Part shown: positions 7,545 through 14,747 of the stretch, piece after piece
Position numbering within the stretch: position 1 is the stretch's first letter
How the letters are laid out: each line of letters begins with the position of its first letter
Assembly: GCF_000012805.1 (NCBI RefSeq)
Contig: NC_007484.1
Location: forward strand, 1,470,001 to 1,502,000
From: Nitrosococcus oceani ATCC 19707
GTDB taxonomy: Bacteria > Pseudomonadota > Gammaproteobacteria > Nitrosococcales > Nitrosococcaceae
Direction of reading: 5' to 3'
Length of the DNA stretch: 32,000 bases
Program-made: the position numbers and the translations under genes
The notes under the pieces: model-generated
Databases searched by the model: none
What the model was told of the DNA's origin: nothing
Seen by the model: the letters and a program-made list of their open reading frames with translations, nothing else

Positions 7545-8993
7545 ATGAGTGGAACCTCTGAACGCGTATCCACTGGGCTTGAGGCGTTGGACCATATCCT
7601 CTCCGGAGGTCTTATTAAACAGTCGGCTTACTTGGTGCGCGGGGGGCCAGGCCAAGGAAAAACAACCCTGGGTCTGCACTTTCTTGCTGCTGCGGATGGC
7701 CAGAGCTCCCCGCTCTTTATTGGCTTTCAAGAACCAGAAGAACAACTCCGAGTCAATGCCGAATCGGTAGGTATTGACATATCCAATTTTCGTTTCCTGA
7801 GTTTGACCCCTGAGGAGCATTTTTTTACCGAACAACAAAGCTATGATGTTTTCGCTGCCGCTGACGTAGAGCAAGAACCCCTTGCAAAATCCGTCATGGA
7901 AACGGTAGAACGAGCTATTCCTACCCATGTTTTTGTTGATTCCATGACCCAGCTACGTTTTCTTTCGGCAGATGTTTATCAGTACCGTAAACAAGTCTTA
8001 TCCTTTTTACGCTATTTCCGAGAGCGAGGCGCCACCATCTTATTTACCTCGGAGCTTAGTGCGGAGCTCCCCGATGAGGATCTTCAATTTATTGCTGATG
8101 GGGTCATCACCTTGGATACCGCGCCTAATGGTTCTTTTTTACAAGTATCTAAGTTTCGCGGCTCCAACTTTTTACGGGGCCCGCATCAGATGCGGGTGGG
8201 CAATCGGGGTTTGGAAATCTTCCCCCGTCCCTTACCCCCCAAAGCAAATCTTGGCGAGGACGAGCGTTGGCGTTGGAGTACCGGGATTGAAAAGTTGGAT
8301 AAGATTCTGGGTGGCGGCCTCGAAGCTGGAACAATTTCGCTCATTACTGGCCCCTCCGGCACTGGTAAATCTACCCTCGCCTCACTTTTCGTGGCCCAGG
8401 CCGCGGCCCAAGGACGGAAAGCGGCAATCTATCTCTTTGAGGAGGAAATAGATGCCCTCCTTCATCGCGCTTCTTCCTTAAGTATTGATCTAAAGAACCC
8501 CCTGAGAGAGGGACAAATAAAATTGGAGCAGGTTGAGCCTTTGCGCTATCTCACGGATGAATTCGCAACGTTAGTTAGCCAAGAGGTGGAAGAAGAAGGC
8601 GTGGAGCTCATCGTATTGGACAGTATCGCCGGATTTGAGCTCACCCTCGGTGGAGACGAGGAAGCTAAAAGGGCACTTCATGCCTTGGCTAAAAGTTTAT
8701 CGCGGCGGGGGGCATCGGTATTGCTAGTTAATGAGATCGAAGCACTGACGGGACAGTTTAAAATTTCCGGGAAAGGCATCAGCTACCTCTCAGATAACGT
8801 GATATTTTTGCGTTTTATGGAAATTGAAGGCGCACTTAAAAAATCATTAGGCGTGTTGAAAAAAAGACTAAGCGCGTTTGATACGCGGATGTATAGTTAT
8901 GAGATTGGCCCCACCGCTTTGTTGATTGGCGATCCCGTGGGCAAACAAGGCTGGCAGGGTGTGCTTGACGGTCAACAGGCTGTCCACCCATAA
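7545..8993 (+). CDS. kaiC: KaiC-like double-domain RecA-superfamily ATPase
   Basis: There are two tandem KaiC-type domains. Each begins with the G(L/I)E.LD.IL.GGL motif and carries Walker A (GGPGQGKT; GPSGTGKS) and Walker B (HVFVDSM; LIVLDSI). AGGAGG lies 5 nt upstream of the ATG at 7545. The ORF-track start at 7521 is probably too early. Confidence 0.85.
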   Translation: MSGTSERVSTGLEALDHILSGGLIKQSAYLVRGGPGQGKTTLGLHFLAAADGQSSPLFIGFQEPEEQLRVNAESVGIDISNFRFLSLTPEEHFFTEQQSYDVFAAADVEQEPLAKSVMETVERAIPTHVFVDSMTQLRFLSADVYQYRKQVLSFLRYFRERGATILFTSELSAELPDEDLQFIADGVITLDTAPNGSFLQVSKFRGSNFLRGPHQMRVGNRGLEIFPRPLPPKANLGEDERWRWSTGIEKLDKILGGGLEAGTISLITGPSGTGKSTLASLFVAQAAAQGRKAAIYLFEEEIDALLHRASSLSIDLKNPLREGQIKLEQVEPLRYLTDEFATLVSQEVEEEGVELIVLDSIAGFELTLGGDEEAKRALHALAKSLSRRGASVLLVNEIEALTGQFKISGKGISYLSDNVIFLRFMEIEGALKKSLGVLKKRLSAFDTRMYSYEIGPTALLIGDPVGKQGWQGVLDGQQAVHP

Positions 8994-9002
8994 ACGAAAG
9001 AA

Positions 9003-9374
9003 GTGCTAGTGCCTGAAATTCTCCTAGTGATACGTAAGCGGGGTAATATTCGGGTACTCCGCCAAGCCTTGGAAGCGCATAAGCTCACTTGTGTGGAAGT
9101 AAGTAGTAAAGAAGCGCTTGAAGGGCTACTTGAGAAACCTTTATGCCCTGATTTGGCTCTGGTTGATGTCTCCGGATTCGGGGAATCCATAAAGTCTATG
9201 TGCGAGCTGTTACAACAGAAGGAAATACCTTTCATTGTGCTATCTGCTAAAGGGGAACTGAGCCTAAGCAATCAAGCTTTATACCATGGCGCCGCTAGTA
9301 TTCTGGAAAAACCCATCATCAAACCCTTACTATTAAAACTTATTAGGAGGATGGTCCATGCAGGTGCATGCTAG
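9003..9374 (+). CDS. stand-alone CheY-like receiver-fold protein with a degenerate acidic pocket (pseudo-receiver)
   Basis: 123 aa, GTG start 9 nt after the kaiC-like stop. The REC topology is readable: beta3 LALVDVSG with Asp, beta4 FIVLSA, beta5 LEKP with Lys. However beta1 reads ILLVIRKRGN instead of the usual hhhhDD. Confidence 0.7.
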   Translation: MLVPEILLVIRKRGNIRVLRQALEAHKLTCVEVSSKEALEGLLEKPLCPDLALVDVSGFGESIKSMCELLQQKEIPFIVLSAKGELSLSNQALYHGAASILEKPIIKPLLLKLIRRMVHAGAC

Positions 9375-9401
9375 CCGTCAGTTTATGTTGGCTACTACTT
9401 A

Positions 9402-11183
9402 GTGAGCGATTACCAGGGATTCGCGGTAATGAAAGAACAAAGTAAAGTCACCTGGATAGAGTGGCGCGGTTCACACCCGTCCCAGATGGAAAGCGGGAAA
9501 GCACCAGATAAAAACGATCAGTATGGGAAAAATCGGGTAATGTTGCTAGTGAACAGCAGCGGCAACAGAGCCCTCCTGGCTAATCATTTACGTCCCTATT
9601 GTCAGCTTGTAGAACCCAACGATCCTTCGCTAAAGCCAGAATCATTTGACCTCGCTATTGTAGATATGGAAGGTTTGCGGCAATGGCAAAAGCAATTGCT
9701 AGACGCCAAGCAACGCGAAGAACCCGTATTCCTTCCGGTCGTATTAATCCTTTCCCGCAGCGAATTAAAACGCCGTTTTAAGACTTTTTGGGATCTTATT
9801 GATGAGTTTATTCTCTCTCCCATAGAACGGCGAGAGTTTACAGAGCGCGTATCCATGCTCCTTAGAACCCGTCAGCTAGCACTGACTCAGCGCTCACACC
9901 TTGCATATCTGGTCAATCATGATCGCCTGACCGGTCTACCCAATCAAACTCTGTTCATGGAACACCTGATAGATTCGGTGCGCGATGCCTCAATTTTAAA
10001 CAAGCAAGTCTATGTCACTGTGGTCCATATTCCGCTGGCGCGCACCATGAGATCCCTAGGTCATTACGGCTTGGAGCGCGTTGTGGCTAACTGCTCAACA
10101 CGTCTTAACGCGGTACTGCGGGATGAAGTATTGCTGGCCCGGCTTACTACAGAAGAGTGGGGACTAATTCACAGACCCGGTGAGACGTTAAGCCGGGTTC
10201 TCGAGATTTGCAGGCGCATTCAGCTTCTAGCAGACGAGCCTATTCCTGTAAGGGGGGAGCATATCCGTTTAGCCCCACGCATTGGCGTTGGAATCTATCC
10301 CGATGACAGCTCTGATGCGAATGGAACGCTCGAATGCGCCATGGCGGCCCTCTCGGAGGATAAAGGACCTGCCCCGGTTTTTTATTCGCGTCGGATTCAA
10401 CACGAGGCGCTACGATTTATTCGCACTGAATCAAAGCTATACGAAGCCCTGGAAAAAGAGGAATTTGAACTATGGTTCCAACCCCAGGTAAGTTTTGAAA
10501 CCGAAAAGCCCGTTGGGGTAGAAGCACTGGTGCGGTGGCGCCTTCCCAACGGAGAATTGGCGCCACCGGGTGAATTCTTACCGGTCGCCGCCTCAACCGG
10601 ACAAATTCTAAGAATTGACCGATGGGTGCTGGAAAAAGCCTGCGCCACAATGAATGCATGGCGTGACGACAATATAGGCTTACAACGCGTTTCAGTGAAT
10701 GTAACGGTGGAAGATATTGATGCTCCGGATTTCGTGGAATTTATCAAAAGGGCGCTCGATCAATATCAACTACCGCCTCCCTCTTTGGAGTTAGAATTGA
10801 CCGAAACAACGTTTTTTAAAAGTAGTCCTGCAAATCTTGAAAAACTCAATTTACTTCGCTCTGAAGGTATTAGTGTCGCCGTGGATGATTTTGGCAAGGG
10901 TTACTCATCCTTGAATTATCTTCATAAACTGCCCATTACCACGTTAAAGATAGATAAAGAATTTATTGAAAACGCCATTAATAATCCAACCAGTGCTGCA
11001 ATTGTGGAAACCATTGTATGGCTAGCCAAAAAATTTAAATTGGAGACCGTCGCTGAGGGTATCGAAACTAAAGCACAGGTAGAATTTCTTCGCTCGCTTG
11101 GGGTAACCACCGCCCAGGGTTTTTTTTACAGTCAACCTATTCCAGAGGCAGAATTACGAGAATGGATAAAATATTACCGCTAA
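9402..11183 (+). CDS. pseudo-receiver / degenerate GGDEF / EAL-domain protein (predicted c-di-GMP phosphodiesterase)
   Basis: - N-terminal REC-like domain: MLLVNSSGN, LAIVDMEG, VLILSRS, ILSPI.
- GGDEF-fold region: DRLTGLPNQ is present, but the active site reads RLTTEEWG.
- EAL domain with all signature blocks: EALVRW, VSVNV, ELELTE, DDFGKGYSSL, LKIDK, EGIE, AQGF.
- The start is uncertain; the ATG at 9429 is an alternative. Confidence 0.85.
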   Translation: MSDYQGFAVMKEQSKVTWIEWRGSHPSQMESGKAPDKNDQYGKNRVMLLVNSSGNRALLANHLRPYCQLVEPNDPSLKPESFDLAIVDMEGLRQWQKQLLDAKQREEPVFLPVVLILSRSELKRRFKTFWDLIDEFILSPIERREFTERVSMLLRTRQLALTQRSHLAYLVNHDRLTGLPNQTLFMEHLIDSVRDASILNKQVYVTVVHIPLARTMRSLGHYGLERVVANCSTRLNAVLRDEVLLARLTTEEWGLIHRPGETLSRVLEICRRIQLLADEPIPVRGEHIRLAPRIGVGIYPDDSSDANGTLECAMAALSEDKGPAPVFYSRRIQHEALRFIRTESKLYEALEKEEFELWFQPQVSFETEKPVGVEALVRWRLPNGELAPPGEFLPVAASTGQILRIDRWVLEKACATMNAWRDDNIGLQRVSVNVTVEDIDAPDFVEFIKRALDQYQLPPPSLELELTETTFFKSSPANLEKLNLLRSEGISVAVDDFGKGYSSLNYLHKLPITTLKIDKEFIENAINNPTSAAIVETIVWLAKKFKLETVAEGIETKAQVEFLRSLGVTTAQGFFYSQPIPEAELREWIKYYR

Positions 11184-11293
11184 GGGAGAGTGAACCCTTC
11201 ACGTTATAAATCCTTGCAGTGGGCAACCTATTTTCTTAAGGCTTACCATGCTATAGTAATTTGCATTAATAAAGTTACATATTATAATGCGGT

Positions 11294-11605
11294 ATGACTT
11301 ATTCATTAGATATGAGGAATGCTATTATATCGTTTGTTAAAAACGGTGGTAGCAAAACCGAAGCCGCACGCTTATTCAATGTTTCCCGCAATACATTATA
11401 TAGATGGCTTGGTCTTGATGATTTAGCGCCCAAAAAACATGGTCCTCGCAGCCGGAAGATCGACAAGGGCAAGCTGAAGGAGCATGTTGAAGATTACCCG
11501 GACATGTTTGTGCATGAGCGTGCGGAGATATTTGGTGTTCACGCCAGTTCGATTAGCCGTGCGTTGAAGAGATTGCGGATCGTAAAAAAAAGAGCGCGGG
11601 TATAA
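11294..11605 (+). CDS. IS630 transposase, N-terminal HTH part (orfA)
   Basis: 103 aa with a helix-turn-helix (SKTEAARLFNVSRNTLYRWL). It ends just after an A8 run at 11584..11591. Confidence 0.8.
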   Translation: MTYSLDMRNAIISFVKNGGSKTEAARLFNVSRNTLYRWLGLDDLAPKKHGPRSRKIDKGKLKEHVEDYPDMFVHERAEIFGVHASSISRALKRLRIVKKRARV

Positions 11606-11618
11606 AGAGCGATGCGAT

Positions 11619-12143
11619 ATGAAAAGGCTCGCTTTCCTTGAGAAGCTGGAAAGCGAGCATCGGCGATTTGGCTTTAAAAACCTTATCTACATGGATGAAA
11701 CCGGTTTTGACGCCCATTGTTATCGCGATGCCGGATGGGTTAAGAAGGGGCAGAAAATCCTTGGCCTTGTGACCGGCAAGCGAGAACAGCGCACTCATTT
11801 GATGATGGCGCAAAGGCATGCAGCGAAAGGAGGCAAGAGGCAGTGGCTTGCCCCCATGCTTTTTAAAGGCTCATGCAATGCCAAAATCGTTGAAACATGG
11901 ATTGAACATTTTCTGATGAAAGAGCTTCATGAACCCACCATCGTGGTCATGGACAATGCCTCCTTTCATAACCATGAACGTATCCAGAAAATACTGGCAA
12001 AAGATTATCATTATTTGATCCCGCTGCCACCCTACTCGCCAGACCTCAACCCCATAGAACAAACCTTTGGCGCCATGAAAAAAAGAAGACAAAGTATGCC
12101 GGATGGAACAACAATCGGCGATCTTATATCGTCCTATTCTTAA
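11619..12143 (+). CDS. IS630 transposase, DDE catalytic part (orfB)
   Basis: The DDE motifs are IYMDETG, VVMDNASFH and PPYSPDLNPIEQ. This frame is already open from 11586 (KKERGYKERCD...). It is offset +1 from orfA within the A8 run. Confidence 0.8.
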   Translation: MKRLAFLEKLESEHRRFGFKNLIYMDETGFDAHCYRDAGWVKKGQKILGLVTGKREQRTHLMMAQRHAAKGGKRQWLAPMLFKGSCNAKIVETWIEHFLMKELHEPTIVVMDNASFHNHERIQKILAKDYHYLIPLPPYSPDLNPIEQTFGAMKKRRQSMPDGTTIGDLISSYS

Positions 12144-12229
12144 TACAAAATACTATAAAAGTAAACAACTGCTCCGCAAAACGGAAAATCACGCATTCAG
12201 CCCCACATTTCTACGTAAGAAAGTGCTGC

Positions 12230-12642
12230 TCAAAATCCGCTATGGATGATAATCTCATCCAGCGCCTTGCGCTGTCGCTCACGGGAGCCCCGTTGAGCGT
12301 ATTTCTCCGGCACCAGGGAGGATTCGCCGACGTAGCCGGTTGCCAGCCCGGTAAAAGGCTCCAGCGAACCGAAGAGGCCGAATACCCGCCGCGCCTTGTC
12401 AGGTTCGATGCCGATCATCTGATGGACGCTTAAACCGCGCGCAGTGGCCTCGAAGGTGAGGCAGGCCGATGCGGCGCCTAGGTCGTGGACCGCCGCCTTG
12501 TTCTGCTCGCCGTTATGCTCAAATTTGTGCTCGACTAGGCCCAGGGCAAGCACCGGCGCGTTCTTCGCCCACGGCTGATTACCTTCCACAAGTACGCCGA
12601 GCACCTGCTCCCAGATCTCCTGGCTACGCTCCCGAACACCGT
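12230..12642 (-). pseudogene. nitroreductase-family gene fragment, 5'-truncated
   Basis: The C-terminal two-thirds of a nitroreductase fold is readable (NQPWAKNAPVLALGLV...HDLGAASACLTFEATARGLSVHQM...). The reading frame is broken at about 12642, where the duplicated acyltransferase DNA begins. The 'MERGNGASAVAYAKAGRYPFYK' N-terminus in the ORF track is out-of-frame acyltransferase DNA. Confidence 0.7.
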
Positions 12643-13017
12643 ATTTATAAAATGGATACCTACCCGCTTTAGCATACGCAACAGCGCTGGCTCCATTACC
12701 GCGCTCCAATGAGTAACGCCATATTTGTAACTATTACCCACTAAGGCTTGGATCAGCCCCAAGCATAGATGGGGTATCTTTCTTCCCTGTTCCCTTGCTT
12801 GCGCTTCATGCCACTCGGCGCTAATACCGCTTGGAGAGCTGGCTTCACCAAGGCGCCGTCTAAAATTTTTAGACACGGCAAACCGGGATACCTCCGCTAA
12901 CGTAGAACGCGGCAGCAAATTAAGGTCGTTCAGCAGAAGCTCCCGGCACAGCTGGTTGATAGGGAGCGTTAACGCTGGATTATCCTCGGAGGGGAGAACC
13001 AATCTCACCGTGCCCGC
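12643..13017 (-). pseudogene. copy 2 of the 375 bp repeat: an internal fragment (about codons 76-200) of the acyltransferase gene, lacking both ends
   Basis: Near-identical to 6026..6400. The translated segment RLVLPSEDNPALTLPINQL...GVTHWSAVMEPALLRMLKRVGIHFIN matches the intact gene. It then runs into nitroreductase DNA in the wrong frame; this is the ORF-track entry 12535..13008. Confidence 0.85.
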
Positions 13018-13060
13018 GGCGTCTAGCCATTGCGCAGCTCCTCTACGGCACTGAAGAGCC

Positions 13061-13429
13061 CGCTTTAGCGGGTGCTATGATGAAAGACGCTTTGGGCTCA
13101 AAACGCTCCCGCGGCGGCTCATGATCCTGCCCGGTGCCAAGCTGCAATGGCAATTTAAAGCCTTTTATCTCTATGGCGCGGTGGAGCCTCTGAGTGGGGA
13201 ACGTTTCTTTTTGGAATGCTCTCATCACTATAGTCCTGAGCTCAATCCGATCGAACGCCTTTGGCAGCATATGAAAGAGCAGCTCAGTTGGGTGCTCTTT
13301 AGCACCCTGGACTCCCTTCAACAGAGCGTCACTGACATCCTCCATGAGCTTACTCCACGAATAATTCGTTCTTTAATCGCTTACCCCTTCATCCTCTCCG
13401 CCTTTAAATATTTAGAAAAATGGTATTAG
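13061..13429 (+). pseudogene. degraded IS630-family transposase remnant with an internal deletion
   Basis: The translation reads ...ERRFGLKTLPRRLMILPGAKLQWQFKAFYLYGAVEPLSGERFFLE and then jumps directly to HHYSPELNPIERLWQHMKEQL. The block between the first and last DDE regions is missing, and so is the N-terminal HTH part. Confidence 0.7.
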
Positions 13430-13506
13430 CTAAGTATATTAGCGGCGCCTTTTGGGTCTGTATTTTGCGATCTAGCCCTACTTCATGGCTGCTTTTCGTA
13501 GCATCC

Positions 13507-14097
13507 TTACCTGATTGATTTCGCAGCCAACGCAATCATCACATACGACCAGCCGTGAAAGAGCATTTCAATTGCCACCAGAAGACCTATTACCCACAAC
13601 GCCGAAACGGGCCATTGAAAAAGGATCATCCCGCCCAGAACTAGCGATACCACCCCGGCAAACACAACCCAACCCCAGCGAACACCGGTGCCCTTTAGAT
13701 GGAAGCCCATTACAATCCGTAAAACTCCCGTCGCAACGAAAGCACCACCCAGAAGGGCCGTTAACGCTAGCGAACCGGCAATCGGTTCAGTTATTAACAT
13801 GACACCAGCCGTTATATAGAGCAGCGCAATCAAAATATGCAGCAAGACACTTCTCCACCCCTTACATTTGAATGCCTCAACAATTTGGAAAATCCCGCCT
13901 ATCGATAGCAGAACGCCGAAGAACAGCACGGTGACAACCGTAAGGGTCACACTCATTCCAAGCGCAATCGTTCCCAATACTATGAACAACATGCCCAAGG
14001 CTAATAACCAGCCCCAGTGTTTACCTAGATCTCCGAATACTCTCTCTATTTCGGGAGCCCGTTCCTTGGTAAATGTCTTGCTCGTTATTTCAGTCAT
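13507..14097 (-). CDS. hdeD: HdeD-family (DUF308) acid-resistance membrane protein
   Basis: 196 aa with six regularly spaced hydrophobic helices and the repeated G.L.I..G pattern (WGWLLALGMLFIVLGTIAL..., ALLYITAGVMLI, LVLGGMILF) typical of HdeD/DUF308. Confidence 0.75.
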   Translation of the reverse strand: MTEITSKTFTKERAPEIERVFGDLGKHWGWLLALGMLFIVLGTIALGMSVTLTVVTVLFFGVLLSIGGIFQIVEAFKCKGWRSVLLHILIALLYITAGVMLITEPIAGSLALTALLGGAFVATGVLRIVMGFHLKGTGVRWGWVVFAGVVSLVLGGMILFQWPVSALWVIGLLVAIEMLFHGWSYVMIALAAKSIR

Positions 14098-14160
14098 TTT
14101 TCTCTCCTATCTGTTTAATGAGAAATGGTTAGCACAAAGCTTCCAGATAGCCTTAATGAG

Positions 14161-14550
14161 TTAGCGTTGATGAGGAACTGAAATAGGATCTCCTTTTATT
14201 TTAATAAAAAACACAAGAAGTTTGCCTTCTTTGATATTACTCATATTTTTCATCACCGTATGTATCTCATCAGGGGTTTCATAAAATGTATCCCCGGGAT
14301 TTAGCACTTTTTCTTTTTTGCCTTTTACCTACATCATGATACTGCCCTCCAGCGCATAAACAAATGTATGTGCGTTATGCTTGTGGGGCGAGTTAGATTC
14401 ACCTGGTTGAAGTTCAACGGTTAGCATTGCAATTTCCTGGTTATCAGGTAACGGTGGAATGTCTACATTCAATAGCTGAGTTATATCCGCAGCATTTAGA
14501 TGGGTGTTAATGCCTATAGATAAAAGAATAGTAAGTAGCATTTTATTCAT
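14161..14550 (-). pseudogene. secreted cupin-domain protein interrupted by a single in-frame TAG
   Basis: The ORF-track entry 14329..14550 (signal peptide MNKMLLTILLSIGINTHLNA, then cupin motif 1 PGESNSPHKHNAHTFVYALEGSIMM) stops at the TAG at 14329..14331. The same frame continues directly with VKGKKEKVLNPGDTFYETPDEIHTVMKNMSNIKEGKLLVFFIK..., which is cupin motif 2. It reaches a TAA at 14161..14163. Confidence 0.7.
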
Positions 14551-14671
14551 TTTCCCTCCTGTTTAGATGCTTTTCAAAATATAAATTAGCCTCTAACCTA
14601 GTATAGGAATTAAATTCCTCTTTAATATAATTATAGAGAAATCTTCTCCATATAACGCTAGTAGAAGGCTG

Positions 14672-14701
14672 TTGACGGTTGTTCTCTGACTTGACTATAC
14701 T
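14672..14701 (+). promoter_or_regulatory. candidate sigma70-type promoter for the metal-efflux gene string
   Basis: TTGACG (14672..14677), an 18 nt spacer, then TATACT (14696..14701). It lies about 45 nt upstream of the ATG at 14748. Confidence 0.35.
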
Positions 14702-14747
14702 GGAACCGATCCCCTCGGGAATATGGGTAATACCTTAAGCAAAATCA

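Larger units (their letters stand above)
11254..12155 (+). mobile_element. IS630-family insertion sequence, about 0.9 kb, flanked by a TA target duplication
   Basis: The terminal inverted repeats are tagtaatttgcattaa (11254..11269) and the reverse complement of 12140..12155 (tagtattttgtattaa), matching at 14 of 16 positions. TA flanks both ends (11252-11253 and 12156-12157). The element encodes an HTH part and a DDE part of a transposase. Confidence 0.8.

Noticed and set aside
12230-13008. ORF-track entries 12230..12709 and 12535..13008 as intact genes
   Set aside because: Each is a chimera created by the junction at about 12642. One starts in out-of-frame acyltransferase DNA. The other ends in out-of-frame nitroreductase DNA.
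12643-13017. The 375 bp repeat pair as template and variable repeats of a diversity-generating retroelement
   Set aside because: The 11 differences are mostly ordinary transitions at all four bases, not adenine-specific. No reverse transcriptase is nearby, and the repeat is far longer than typical TR/VR pairs.
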